DNA of 60,411 nucleotides, counting the filler. It is 5 parts of 5 records of this genome, joined end to end, with 100 filler letters (N's around TTAATTAATTAA, not from the genome) between each part and the next. Parts side by side here need not be neighbours in the genome. Positions count along the whole stretch, not along the records: positions 7,377 to 13,156 come from DRR723986_1772; positions 13,257 to 40,140 come from DRR723986_1773; 3 more parts are not named here. One strand, given 5' to 3'. The stretch's first letter is position 1. Each line of letters opens with the position of its first letter. Positions 12,420 through 22,167 of the stretch are shown here, in pieces. Under the pieces are notes generated by a model. That model saw only the letters and a program-made list of their open reading frames with translations, made no database searches and was not told the origin of the DNA. The translations under genes and the position numbers were made by a program.

Positions 12420-13019
12420 TCAAGCAAACGCGCCGGAAATCCGTGCCCAGAGGCGGAAAAGCAGCCAGCACGCCCCGGCCAGCCCCAGCGCAGCAAGGAT
12501 CAGGACGAAGCCATCGCGCGCCGTCAATGCAAGGCCGAAAAGGAACACGGTGAGCCCCGGCAGCACCGGCCCGAATGGTACCAATCCCAATGGAATCGTC
12601 AGGATGGCGGCCGCGATGCAGATCAGCGCAACGAAAGGCGCGAACAATGGAGAGGTCAGGAAAGCGAGCCGTGGTTTCAGGAAACGGTCGACCTGACAGA
12701 CATAAGGATCAGCCAGTTTGATGCCCTGCAACAGCGCCTCACGGGGGAATTCGATTTTCAGGAAACGCGACGGAACCCATGGAAACGGCCGGCCGATCAG
12801 GATCTGGCCCGCGATCAGGAGCGTGATAATGCCGACCAGCCAGGTCGCGCCCGGGATAATGGTGAGCGGGCTGAGCGCAAGAAAGCCCAGCAACAATAGA
12901 ATCGGCCCATAGGAGCGCCGCCCCACAGCATTCAGCATGGCCCGCACGGTGACCGTATCACCTTCGGTATTCGTCTCCAGGCTGTGCAGCAGCGAAGACA
13001 GATTATTGACGGTGGCCAT
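12420..13019 (-). CDS. exoD: Exopolysaccharide biosynthesis protein ExoD family membrane protein
   Basis: GRRSYGPILLL, PL..IPG, PL..VPF...LPG and ARDG motifs; several transmembrane segments. Confidence 0.85.
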   Translation of the reverse strand: MATVNNLSSLLHSLETNTEGDTVTVRAMLNAVGRRSYGPILLLLGFLALSPLTIIPGATWLVGIITLLIAGQILIGRPFPWVPSRFLKIEFPREALLQGIKLADPYVCQVDRFLKPRLAFLTSPLFAPFVALICIAAAILTIPLGLVPFGPVLPGLTVFLFGLALTARDGFVLILAALGLAGACWLLFRLWARISGAFA

Positions 13020-13156
13020 GCGCCGCTCCCGGAGATCTCGATGCAATTTACTCTAGGATAGAACGCTCAACATTCGATTACGTTCACGGCAAGGCCGCCC
13101 TGTGAGGTTTCCTTGTATTTGGACGACATGTCCATGCCGGTCTGGCGCATGGTCTC

Positions 13157-13256
13157 NNNNNNNNNNNNNNNNNNNNNNNNNNNNNNNNNNNNNNNNNNNN
13201 TTAATTAATTAANNNNNNNNNNNNNNNNNNNNNNNNNNNNNNNNNNNNNNNNNNNN
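13157..13256. other. Artificial contig spacer
   Basis: N44-TTAATTAATTAA-N44. Confidence 0.98.
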
Positions 13257-13805
13257 CTCGGCTATCGCGGCATGAAGGAATACGAAATCGGCTTCGACGA
13301 CTTTAAAGTGAAGTCCGAGAACCTGCTCGGCGGTGTCGAAGGCCAGGGCTTCAAACACCTGATGGCAACGTTCGAAAGCGCCCGCATCCAGACCGCTGCC
13401 CGCGCCATCGGCGTTACGCAGAACGCGTTCGAAACGGGCCTTCAATACGCGCTCGACCGCAACCAGTTCGGCAAGCCGATCTTCGAATTCCCGCGCGTCG
13501 CCAACAAGCTGGTGATGATGGCGGCCGAACTCGTCGGCGTGCGCCAGCTGACCTATTACTCGGCGCGCAAGAAAGACGAAGGCAAGCGCTGCGACCTGGA
13601 AGCCGGTATGGCCAAGCTGCTCGGCGCCCGCGTGGCCTGGGCTGCGGCTGACAATGCCGTGCAGATCCATGGCGGCAACGGCTTCGCGCTGGAATACACG
13701 ATCAGCCGCATTCTACAGGATGCCCGTATCCTCAACATCTTCGAGGGTGCCGGCGAAGTGCAGGCCATGGTCATCGCGCGCCGCCTGGTCGAAGGGGGCA
13801 ACTAG
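13257..13805 (+). CDS. Acyl-CoA dehydrogenase, C-terminal part (partial; methylsuccinyl-CoA dehydrogenase-like)
   Basis: [34 protein letters not shown] and LNIFEGA motifs. Confidence 0.85.
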   Translation, partial: LGYRGMKEYEIGFDDFKVKSENLLGGVEGQGFKHLMATFESARIQTAARAIGVTQNAFETGLQYALDRNQFGKPIFEFPRVANKLVMMAAELVGVRQLTYYSARKKDEGKRCDLEAGMAKLLGARVAWAAADNAVQIHGGNGFALEYTISRILQDARILNIFEGAGEVQAMVIARRLVEGGN

Positions 13806-13844
13806 CCCCCATCACTGCCCATCAGGTGACTTCCTGCCTGAGGA

Positions 13845-14684
13845 TCAGTCCGTCGGCGGTACGTGTTCATAGACACGCACCCAGTCGATCACGAACTTGT
13901 CCGGGAATTTTTTTGGATCGGGTGTGTTCGCCCACCATTTGTTCGCCATGTCTTCCCGCGAGGAGACTTCGCCGGACAGCTTCACCCAAAGCGGGTGCTG
14001 GCTGACGCCGCCGGCGGATGAGCGCCAGGTTTCCTGACCGTCGACATAGAAGATGTATTCGTCGGGGAACCATTCCAGCGTGAAAGTATGCCAGCCCCGC
14101 CGGATGCCCGGCCGCACTGCGGAAAACGCACTCCACTGATGATGTTCCTCGTAACCGTCCCAGTGCAGCGCATGGTGCACTTTGTCGGTCCAGCCGAAGG
14201 TTTCCATGATGTCGACTTCCGTGCCGTCCCGGCCGGACGCATCTACATGGTGTACGGACTGTGAGAACAACCAGAAGGCGGACCACCAGCCTGGCGAATG
14301 AGCCAGCTTCGCCCGCACTTCATAGCGGCCGAAGGCCTGCTCGAACTTCCCCTCCGTCGACACCATGGCGCTGGCATAGTCGTAGGGGTCCGAATCCTCA
14401 TCCGGATTTCGGTTTTCGATAACACTGGTTTTAAGCACCAGCTTGCCCGACCCGTTCAGGTAGGCATTGGTGGGGTCCCACCAGCCGTCCGGGCCGTCAT
14501 CATTTGGCCGGCGATTGTATTCCTTGGAGATCCATTTGTCCGGATCCGGACGGCCCCTGCCGCTGAACTCGTCCTGGAAAACGAGCCGCCATTCGGGGGA
14601 CTTTTCATCCAAAGCCGAAAAGGTCTGTGTTTCACAGGCACCGACAAACAGGACGAGAAAAAGGGACGCAAGAAGGCGTTTCAT
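13845..14684 (-). CDS. Glycoside hydrolase family 16 lipoprotein
   Basis: WRLVFQDEF, GWWSAFWL and catalytic EVDIME motif; lipobox FVGAC. Confidence 0.88.
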   Translation of the reverse strand: MKRLLASLFLVLFVGACETQTFSALDEKSPEWRLVFQDEFSGRGRPDPDKWISKEYNRRPNDDGPDGWWDPTNAYLNGSGKLVLKTSVIENRNPDEDSDPYDYASAMVSTEGKFEQAFGRYEVRAKLAHSPGWWSAFWLFSQSVHHVDASGRDGTEVDIMETFGWTDKVHHALHWDGYEEHHQWSAFSAVRPGIRRGWHTFTLEWFPDEYIFYVDGQETWRSSAGGVSQHPLWVKLSGEVSSREDMANKWWANTPDPKKFPDKFVIDWVRVYEHVPPTD

Positions 14685-14690
14685 GCCTCC

Positions 14691-15587
14691 CTACCGGATC
14701 ACGCCGCCAAGCGGCTCGACATCGTCCGGCTCGTGCTGAAGGATCACCTTGGCACCAAGCTCCTCGGCCAGCGCCTCGAACTTGTCCATCGATTCCAGCG
14801 TTACCGGTTCGCTCCAGTTGAAGCGCGGCACCCGGCGCAGCTCGCGGCTTTCCTTGCGGTGATACAGGTCCCCTGCCAGCAGGACCGGGCCGCTTTCCGG
14901 CATGTCCAGCAGCAGCACGGAATGGCCCGGCGTATGGCCCGGCATTTCGAGGATCTTCACCGTACCGTCACCGAAGACATCATAGTCGCCGGAAATGGTC
15001 TTCGCTTCCATCGGACCGAAGGCGGCCCACATGGCGGCGAGCTGCGGGTCAACCTCACGCTCGGTGCCTTCCGGCGGGAACATGTCGTTGTATTCGTCTT
15101 CCTGAGCGATCCAGGTAGCGCCCTGCACCTGGTCCACCTGGCCGACATGATCGAAATGGTCATGCGAGAGGGAGACATAGTCGATGTCATCCGGCGTCAG
15201 GCCAAGATCGGCGAGCTGGGCGGTGATCGTCTTGTCCAGCGAGACATTGAAAATGCCGCTGACATTCTGCTCTCCGGCGCCCGCCAGCATGCCCGGCAGG
15301 CCGAGATCCCAGAGCAGGCGGCCATCCGGATGATTGATGACATAGCAGGTGTCGGTGAACGTGTCCGACTGGCCAGCATAATCCCCGGCGCTGGAAAAGG
15401 CATCGAGATCGAGAACATTGATCGTGCCGCAATCCAGCACGTTTACGTTCAGCGGCGCCGGCGCTTCGGCGTCGGCAACCACCTCGGTTTCCGGTTCGGC
15501 AGGCACCTCAGCAGGTGCAGACTTCGGCGCACAGGCCGGTGCAAGCGTAAACGCAGTTGTGGCGAGCAGCGCATGGATCAGGCGCAT
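14691..15587 (-). CDS. N-acyl homoserine lactonase-family (AiiA-like MBL fold) lipoprotein
   Basis: SHDHFDH, GHTPGH and AGDLYH motifs; signal peptide with LAPAC. Confidence 0.8.
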   Translation of the reverse strand: MRLIHALLATTAFTLAPACAPKSAPAEVPAEPETEVVADAEAPAPLNVNVLDCGTINVLDLDAFSSAGDYAGQSDTFTDTCYVINHPDGRLLWDLGLPGMLAGAGEQNVSGIFNVSLDKTITAQLADLGLTPDDIDYVSLSHDHFDHVGQVDQVQGATWIAQEDEYNDMFPPEGTEREVDPQLAAMWAAFGPMEAKTISGDYDVFGDGTVKILEMPGHTPGHSVLLLDMPESGPVLLAGDLYHRKESRELRRVPRFNWSEPVTLESMDKFEALAEELGAKVILQHEPDDVEPLGGVIR

Positions 15588-15631
15588 CAGCAGAACCCCC
15601 TTCAGTTCGGTGAAACCCACTGAAGGAAAGC

Positions 15632-16033
15632 CTAACCCATGTCCGGATCGTGCGAAAGCGCAGGCCCTTCAAAAGGGACTATCCGGTAAAAACAACTCGC
15701 CCGGCCGGTGTGACAGGCCCCGCCGGTCTGCTTCACCTTCAACAGGACCGCGTCCTGGTCGCAGTCGATCCGCACTTCCACCACTTCCTGTGTATGGCCG
15801 GAGGTTTCGCCCTTTACCCACAATTCGCTGCGCGAACGGGACCAGTAAGTGGCCCTGCGGGTCTCAAGCGTGGCGGCGAGGGCGTCGGCATTCATCCAGG
15901 CCAGCATCAGCACATCGCCGGTTTCTGCGTCCTGCGTAATGGCGGCGATCAGGCCGTCGGCATTGAATTTCGGGCGCAATTCGGGCGTCTCGTCCTGCGC
16001 ACTTCCGGAAAGGGGGGGCGGAAATTGTGTCAT
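15632..16033 (-). CDS. hisI: Phosphoribosyl-AMP cyclohydrolase
   Basis: [20 protein letters not shown] and [10 protein letters not shown] motifs. Confidence 0.95.
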   Translation of the reverse strand: MTQFPPPLSGSAQDETPELRPKFNADGLIAAITQDAETGDVLMLAWMNADALAATLETRRATYWSRSRSELWVKGETSGHTQEVVEVRIDCDQDAVLLKVKQTGGACHTGRASCFYRIVPFEGPALSHDPDMG

Positions 16034-16131
16034 ACCCGCTCCATACGTCACCCCTCCCCTTCGCGCCAGCCACAGTCTAGGCTGTGATCATACGAGTCCA
16101 TAACGGACCAATCCATGACGGAGGCATGACC

Positions 16132-16947
16132 ATGGCGGACTATGAGCAGATCCTGAGCGACCTGAAGGACGGGGTGCTGACGCTGACCCTCAACCGGCCG
16201 GACCGGCTGAACGCCTGGACCGACGTCATGCACAATGAGCTGAAACACGCGATTGTGACCGCCAGCAGCGACGACGCCGTGCGCGTGATCGTGGTGACGG
16301 GCGCCGGGCGCGGCTTCTGCGCCGGGGCAGACATGGACGTGCTGCAGGGCATTCAGGGCGGCGCGCGCGACCGGCTTGCCGAAGTCGAGGAAGCGCCGTC
16401 TGACCTGCGCGATCTCTATCCGGGCCGGTTCGGCTACATGTATGCCTGCCCGAAGCCGATCATCGCGGCGATCAATGGCGCCTGCGCCGGGATCGGCCTG
16501 ATCTTCGCCCTGTTCGCGGACCTGCGCTATGCCGCCGCCGAGGCAAAATTCACAACCGCCTTTGCCCAGCGCGGCCTGATCGCGGAGCATGGCATCGCCT
16601 GGCTTCTGCCGCGCCTCGTCGGGGAGGCGAAGGCGCTGGACCTCCTTTTCACCGCCCGCAAGTTTACCGGGGCCGAAGCCGCAGAGCTCGGCCTCGTCAA
16701 TGCGGCCCTGCCGGTCGGCGAGCTGATGGGCAATGTGCAGCAGACCGCCCACCACCTCGCCACCATGGTCTCGCCCCGCTCCGTCGCGGTGATGAAACAG
16801 CAGGTACGAAAGACCTATTTCCAGAGTTTCGGCGACTCTCTTGCAGAAGCAGATGCTGCAATGGAGGAAAGCTTCACCACATTCGACTTCAAGGAAGGCG
16901 TGGCGAGCTTTGTGGAGCGCCGCACCGCGCAGTTCAAAGGACGATAG
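16132..16947 (+). CDS. Enoyl-CoA hydratase/isomerase family protein
   Basis: LNRPDRLNA, FCAGAD and KPIIAAINGACAG motifs; alternative start at 16126. Confidence 0.88.
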   Translation: MADYEQILSDLKDGVLTLTLNRPDRLNAWTDVMHNELKHAIVTASSDDAVRVIVVTGAGRGFCAGADMDVLQGIQGGARDRLAEVEEAPSDLRDLYPGRFGYMYACPKPIIAAINGACAGIGLIFALFADLRYAAAEAKFTTAFAQRGLIAEHGIAWLLPRLVGEAKALDLLFTARKFTGAEAAELGLVNAALPVGELMGNVQQTAHHLATMVSPRSVAVMKQQVRKTYFQSFGDSLAEADAAMEESFTTFDFKEGVASFVERRTAQFKGR

Positions 16948-16954
16948 GAGCATC

Positions 16955-17869
16955 ATGACCCGCCGCATCGACATTGTGGAAGTCGGCCCGCGTGACGGAT
17001 TGCAGAACGATCCTGCAAACCTGACGGTCGAGCAGAAGCTGGAATTCATTTCCCGGCTGGAAGAGGCCGGCGTGAAGCGGATGGAATCCGGCAGCTTCGT
17101 CTCGCCGAAGGCTGTGCCGAAAATGGCGGATAGCCCCGCCGTCTTCGCCGGGCTCGACCGGTCGAAGCCGACGCGCCACATTGCGCTTGCCCTCAATGAA
17201 AAAGGCGTGCGCCGCGCCATCGATGCGAAGGCCGACGAGATCAATTTCGTCCTCGTCGCCAGCGAAACCTTCGGCCGGAAGAACCAGGGCATGAGCCCGC
17301 AGGAGAGCGCCGACATGCTGGCCCGGTGCGCGCCGCTGGTGCATGAGGCGAACATCCCCCTCTCCGCGACGATCTCGGTGGCGTTCGGCGACCCCTATGA
17401 TGGCGAAGTAGACATGGGCGTGGTCGGCAATCTCGCCGCACAGTCACAGCGGGCGGGAGTCGCGGAACTGGCGCTCGGTGACACGATCGGTGTGGCAGAC
17501 CCCTGGGCCGTGCGTCGCGCCATCGACCGGCTACGGATCGAAGCGCCGGACGTTTACCTGCGCATGCACTTCCACGACACGCGCGGACAGGCCCTCGCCA
17601 ATGTCGCAGCAGCGGTGGATGCGGGCGTCGATGTGATCGATGCGAGCTGCGGCGGCATCGGCGGCTGCCCCTTCGCCCCAGCGGCAACCGGCAATGTGGC
17701 GACCGAAGATGTCGTCTACATGCTGGAACGCGGCGGCTTCGAAACGGGGCTTGACCTCGCCAAGCTGATCGAAACCGCCAAATGGCTGGAAACCGTCCTG
17801 CAACACCCGGTCAGCTCAGCGCTCAGCAAAGCTGGCGGGTTTCCGGTAAAAAGCGCCGTTACTTCTTAG
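16955..17869 (+). CDS. Hydroxymethylglutaryl-CoA lyase
   Basis: [17 protein letters not shown] and [15 protein letters not shown] motifs; AGGAG SD. Confidence 0.92.
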   Translation: MTRRIDIVEVGPRDGLQNDPANLTVEQKLEFISRLEEAGVKRMESGSFVSPKAVPKMADSPAVFAGLDRSKPTRHIALALNEKGVRRAIDAKADEINFVLVASETFGRKNQGMSPQESADMLARCAPLVHEANIPLSATISVAFGDPYDGEVDMGVVGNLAAQSQRAGVAELALGDTIGVADPWAVRRAIDRLRIEAPDVYLRMHFHDTRGQALANVAAAVDAGVDVIDASCGGIGGCPFAPAATGNVATEDVVYMLERGGFETGLDLAKLIETAKWLETVLQHPVSSALSKAGGFPVKSAVTS

Positions 17870-19859
17870 CGCCCTTCACTTCCTGGAAGCTGGTGGTTTT
17901 CACGGCGCGGCCGATGTCGACTTTCTTGCCTTTGCCGTAAGAGGGCGCGCCGCTGGAAGCGCCTGAGACGGCGCCGGGGCGGACGGTGCGTTCCGTAAGC
18001 GGAGGAATGGCCATCGCCTTCGGATTCGGCTGGTTCTCGTCGAACAGGCTCGCCAGCTGGTCCGTCATCGCGCCGCCGAGCTGTTCGGCGTCCACGATGG
18101 TGACGGCGCGCTTGTAATAGCGCGTCACGTCATGGCCGATGCCGATGGCGATCAGCTCCACGGGGCTGCGCGTTTCGATCTCCTCGATCACCTGGCGGAG
18201 GTGGCGCTCGAGATAGTTGCCGACGTTCACGTTCAGCGTGGAATCGTCGACCGGCGCGCCGTCCGAGATCACCATCAGGATCTTGCGCTGTTCCGGCCGG
18301 GCCAGCAGACGGTCATGGGCCCACAGCAATGCCTCGCCGTCGATATTCTCTTTCAACAGGCCCTCGCGCATCATCAGGCCGAGATTCTTGCGGGCGCGGC
18401 GCCATGGGGCGTCTGCCTGCTTGTAGACGATGTGGCGCACATCATTGAGGCGCCCCGGGGAGGACGGCTTGCCTGCCTTCACCCAGTCTTCGCGGGAGAG
18501 GCCGCCTTTCCACGCCTTGGTGGTGAAGCCCAGCACTTCGGTCTTCACATTGCAGCGTTCCAGCGTGCGGGCCAGAATGTCCGCACACAGAGCCGCCACC
18601 ATGATCGGGCGGCCACGCATGGAGCCGGAATTGTCCAGCAGCAGCGTTACGATCGTGTCGCGGAATTCCGAATCGTCTTCCTGCTTGAAGGACAGCGGCG
18701 CGGTCGGATCGGTGATGACGCGCGTCAGGCGCGCAGTGTCCAGCACACCCTCTTCCAGGTCAAAGCTCCACGACCGGTTCTGCTGCGCCATCAGCAGGCG
18801 TTGCAGCTTGTTGGCGAGTTTCGAGACCGCGCCCTGCAAGCCCTGCAGCTGATGATCGAGATAGGCGCGCAGGCGCGTCAGCTCTTCGGCATCGCAAAGG
18901 TCCGGTGCTTGCGCGACTTCATCATGTTCGCGGGTGAAAACCGAATAGGTGAACCGGTTCCTGTCGTCGCCATCGCGGAAATTGGGGCGCAGCGGCTGAG
19001 TGCCGTCTTCGTCATCGTCCGGCGTGTCGTCGGACTCCATGTCCATGTCCTGATCGACAGAGACATTGGACTCCTCGCCTTCCATTTCTTCCGTGTCACC
19101 AGCTTCCATCTGCTCGGTGGAGGCACCCATCTCCTCCTCGGACTGCATTTCCTGCTCGCCCTGGTCCGGCTGCTGCTCGGACTCCATCTCGCTGTCCTGC
19201 TGGTCTTCGCTGGTTTCAGCGTCCTCGCTGGGCACATCGGTGGCCGTCAGGTCCCGGATCATGTCACGCACGGTGCGGGCAAAGCCCGGCTGGTCGTGCA
19301 GCTGGGAGATCAGCTTGTCGAGCGCGTCGCCGGTCTTCTCGGCGACCTGTTCACGCCAGACATCGGCCACGCGGTTTGCCGCTTCCGGCAGGGGCCTTCC
19401 GGTCAGACGCTCGCGCAGCAGGAATTCAATCGCCGGGGCCAGCACGGCTTCGGGCTCTTCTGTGCCCATGGCGAATTCGCCGGACTGGCAGCGATGGGTC
19501 AGCACAGCGTCCAGATTGTTCGCCGTGCCGCGCATGGCATTGGCGCCGAGGCTTTCGATCCGGGCGGTTTCGGCCGCGTCGTACACCTTCCGGGGCAGCT
19601 CGCCTTGCGGGCGGTGCTTGCTGTGGGCGGCGGCGTCATGGTGCGCCTTGCGCAGGGCGACGGCGTCGGCCTCACCGCGGATTCGGGCAGCGACTTCAGC
19701 CGGCAGGGTGACAGGCGGCGGGCGCAGCACGATGCGCTCGGCATCGGCGCCGGTATCATTGCCAAAGCCGACTTCCACATCCCGGTCCGCGCTCATCGCC
19801 TTGGTCGTCACGGCGAGCGCTTGTTTGAAGAGTTCCTGAGGGGTCGTGTCCTTGGCCAT
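17859..19859 (-). CDS. cobT: Cobaltochelatase subunit CobT (VWA domain)
   Basis: RG.AD..AL N-terminal domain, acidic linker, [12 protein letters not shown] (MIDAS), ENIDGEA and SDGAPVDD. Confidence 0.93.
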   Translation of the reverse strand: MAKDTTPQELFKQALAVTTKAMSADRDVEVGFGNDTGADAERIVLRPPPVTLPAEVAARIRGEADAVALRKAHHDAAAHSKHRPQGELPRKVYDAAETARIESLGANAMRGTANNLDAVLTHRCQSGEFAMGTEEPEAVLAPAIEFLLRERLTGRPLPEAANRVADVWREQVAEKTGDALDKLISQLHDQPGFARTVRDMIRDLTATDVPSEDAETSEDQQDSEMESEQQPDQGEQEMQSEEEMGASTEQMEAGDTEEMEGEESNVSVDQDMDMESDDTPDDDEDGTQPLRPNFRDGDDRNRFTYSVFTREHDEVAQAPDLCDAEELTRLRAYLDHQLQGLQGAVSKLANKLQRLLMAQQNRSWSFDLEEGVLDTARLTRVITDPTAPLSFKQEDDSEFRDTIVTLLLDNSGSMRGRPIMVAALCADILARTLERCNVKTEVLGFTTKAWKGGLSREDWVKAGKPSSPGRLNDVRHIVYKQADAPWRRARKNLGLMMREGLLKENIDGEALLWAHDRLLARPEQRKILMVISDGAPVDDSTLNVNVGNYLERHLRQVIEEIETRSPVELIAIGIGHDVTRYYKRAVTIVDAEQLGGAMTDQLASLFDENQPNPKAMAIPPLTERTVRPGAVSGASSGAPSYGKGKKVDIGRAVKTTSFQEVKGAKK

Positions 19860-19890
19860 CTAAGTCTTATCTGGTGCGCCGGGGCGCAAT

Positions 19891-20571
19891 CTAGAAGCCC
19901 GCGTCGGCGGCGGCCTGGTTGAAAAGGTCGAGCGTGCGGCGGAAAGCGAGGTCGTCGGCGTGGGCGTCATGGTCGTCAGAACGCCGCCGGGCGAAGCCGT
20001 GGCCGGCGTCATAGACATAGACCAGCACATCTCGCCTTGCCTGCTCGAACGCGCGCACGCCTTCCATCGGAATGTGCGCATCGTGCTGGCCGAAATGAAC
20101 GATGGTCGGGCATTTCGGCGCCTGGTCCTTCGCGCCGGGCACGAGGCTGCCATAATAGCCGCTGGCCGCCGACAGGCCTTCCAGCTGGCAGGCGGCGAGG
20201 TAGGCCATCGATCCGCCATAGCAGAAACCGGTGATGAAGACCGGCGCCTCGAGTTCGGCGATGCAGGCCGAGATGTCCGCCATGGCGTTGTCGAGGCCGT
20301 TCGCACGGGCATAACCGCCGCCTTCGGCAATCGCTTCGGCGGAATGGCTTTCGGTGGCGAAGCCTTTTTTCTGGCGATCGAACATGGACGGGGCCAGCAC
20401 TTCATAGCCTTCGGCGGCAAAGCGCTCGCACGCCTCGATCATGTAGGAGTTCACGCCGAAGATTTCCTGCACCAGCACCAGGCCGCCCTTGCGTGCGCCC
20501 CTGGCCGGAACATGCAGCGCATTGAACCGGAAGCCGTCACCGCTCGTCAGCTCGATGACCGTGCCGCTCAT
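19891..20571 (-). CDS. Dienelactone hydrolase family protein
   Basis: QEIFGVN, GFCYGG and AGHGF motifs. Confidence 0.9.
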   Translation of the reverse strand: MSGTVIELTSGDGFRFNALHVPARGARKGGLVLVQEIFGVNSYMIEACERFAAEGYEVLAPSMFDRQKKGFATESHSAEAIAEGGGYARANGLDNAMADISACIAELEAPVFITGFCYGGSMAYLAACQLEGLSAASGYYGSLVPGAKDQAPKCPTIVHFGQHDAHIPMEGVRAFEQARRDVLVYVYDAGHGFARRRSDDHDAHADDLAFRRTLDLFNQAAADAGF

Positions 20572-20572
20572 C

Positions 20573-21556
20573 TCACGCCACCCGCACCATCAGGGCGCTT
20601 TCAGGCAGTTCCTCGGCGAAGCAGCGCTGATACATCTCGGCGACCAGCGGGCGTTCCAGCTCGTCACACTTGTTGAGGAAGGTCATGCGGAAGGCATGGC
20701 CGAGATTGCCGAAGATGGCGAAGTTTTCCGCCCAGGTGATCACGGTCCGCGGGCTCATCACGGTGGAGAGGTCCCCAGCCATGAAGGCGTTCCGGGTCAG
20801 GTCTGCCAGCGTCACCATCTTGGCGAGCGTGTCGTCGTCGACGCCGGTCGCCTTGGATTTCACGATCTCCACTTCGGCGTCGTGCTCCAGATAGTTCAGC
20901 GTTGTCACGATGTTCCAGCGGTCCATCTGGCCCTGGTTCAGCTGTTGCGTGCCGTGATAGAGGCCCGTCGTGTCGCCGAGGCCGACCGTGTTGGTGGTCG
21001 AGAACAGGCGGAAATACGGGTTCGGCGCGATAACGCGGTTCTGGTCCAGCAGGGTCAGCTTGCCCGAGCTTTCGAGCACGCGCTGGATCACGAACATCAC
21101 ATCCGGACGGCCGGCATCATATTCGTCGAAGGTGATCGCCACCGGGCGCTGCAACGCCCAGGGCAGGATACCTTCACGGAACTCGGTGATCTGCTGGCCT
21201 TCCTTCAGGACGATGGCGTCCTTGCCGACCATGTCGATCCGGCTGACATGGCTGTCGAGGTTGACCCGGATCATCGGCCAGTTGAGGCGCGCCGCCACCT
21301 GCTCGATGTGGGTCGATTTGCCGGTGCCGTGATAGCCCTGCACCATGACCCGGCGGTTGTGTTCGAAGCCGGCAAGGATCGCCAGCGTCGTCTGCGGGTC
21401 GAACCGGTAGGCGTCGTCAATCTCCGGCACATATTCGGTGCGGGTCTTGAAGCCATGTACCACCATGTCCGTATCGAGGCCGAACACCTTGCGGACATTG
21501 ATTTTCTCGGTCGGCTCCAGGCCGTCCAGGGCGGTGGTGTCACTCATTACGGTCAT
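20573..21556 (-). CDS. cobS: Cobaltochelatase subunit CobS (AAA+)
   Basis: [23 protein letters not shown] and TVMSPRTV motifs. Confidence 0.94.
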   Translation of the reverse strand: MTVMSDTTALDGLEPTEKINVRKVFGLDTDMVVHGFKTRTEYVPEIDDAYRFDPQTTLAILAGFEHNRRVMVQGYHGTGKSTHIEQVAARLNWPMIRVNLDSHVSRIDMVGKDAIVLKEGQQITEFREGILPWALQRPVAITFDEYDAGRPDVMFVIQRVLESSGKLTLLDQNRVIAPNPYFRLFSTTNTVGLGDTTGLYHGTQQLNQGQMDRWNIVTTLNYLEHDAEVEIVKSKATGVDDDTLAKMVTLADLTRNAFMAGDLSTVMSPRTVITWAENFAIFGNLGHAFRMTFLNKCDELERPLVAEMYQRCFAEELPESALMVRVA

Positions 21557-21678
21557 TGCAAATATCTCAGGCTTCGGGAGGTCTATTCATACAATTAGGC
21601 TTCTAGCACGGCTACGTGTCCGGGCTAGTGCGACGTAGGGTAAATCCTGCAGCCCGCCGCAAGACGGCGCGTGGGCGG

Positions 21679-22143
21679 TTAGCGGTCTTCCGGCGCAGGG
21701 GCGCCTGCCCCCATATCGGCGATCCACTTCCAGCTGCCATCCTCCTGGCGCTGCCAGATGGTGATGTATTTGCCGTAGGAGGCGCCCTCCTGCCCGCGCT
21801 GGGTGTAGGTGGCGTAGCCCCAGGTGTAGCCGAAATCCCCGCCCGCGCCGGCATGGGCCGCCTCTGGCGCCCATTCGATGATCATGTCGTCGGGCCATGC
21901 GGACGTCCAGTCTTCGACAGCCGCCTTGCCCGCGGCAGGCGCCGCCCCGGCGGGGAAGATGGTCACGTCATCGGCGGCGAACTCGACAAAGGCCGGCCCG
22001 GCGCCGATTTCCAACGCGCGGGCAGCGAACGCTCGGTCGGCGGCCAGCAATTCCTGTTCGGTGGCGGCGGGTGTGGAAACCGTGGCACAGGCGACAAGGC
22101 CCATCACCGGTAAAGCGATGAGACGCTGCATCAATCGAGGCAT
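21679..22143 (-). CDS. DUF4440/YybH SnoaL-like lipoprotein
   Basis: Lipobox LVAC; GDFGYTWG.Y and YITIWQRQEDGSWK motifs. Confidence 0.8.
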   Translation of the reverse strand: MPRLMQRLIALPVMGLVACATVSTPAATEQELLAADRAFAARALEIGAGPAFVEFAADDVTIFPAGAAPAAGKAAVEDWTSAWPDDMIIEWAPEAAHAGAGGDFGYTWGYATYTQRGQEGASYGKYITIWQRQEDGSWKWIADMGAGAPAPEDR

Positions 22144-22167
22144 TCGCCTCTCCTTTGAATCGTGCCC

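Noticed and set aside
10213-13805. Apparent extended acyl-CoA dehydrogenase cluster spanning contigs 2 and 3
   Set aside because: Separated by an artificial spacer, so the linkage is unsupported.
17859-17869. Convergent 11-nt overlap of HMG-CoA lyase and cobT
   Set aside because: Short 3' overlaps are common, and there is no further evidence of function.
19000-19240. D/E/Q-rich quasi-repetitive stretch
   Set aside because: The normal acidic linker of CobT, not a repeat array.
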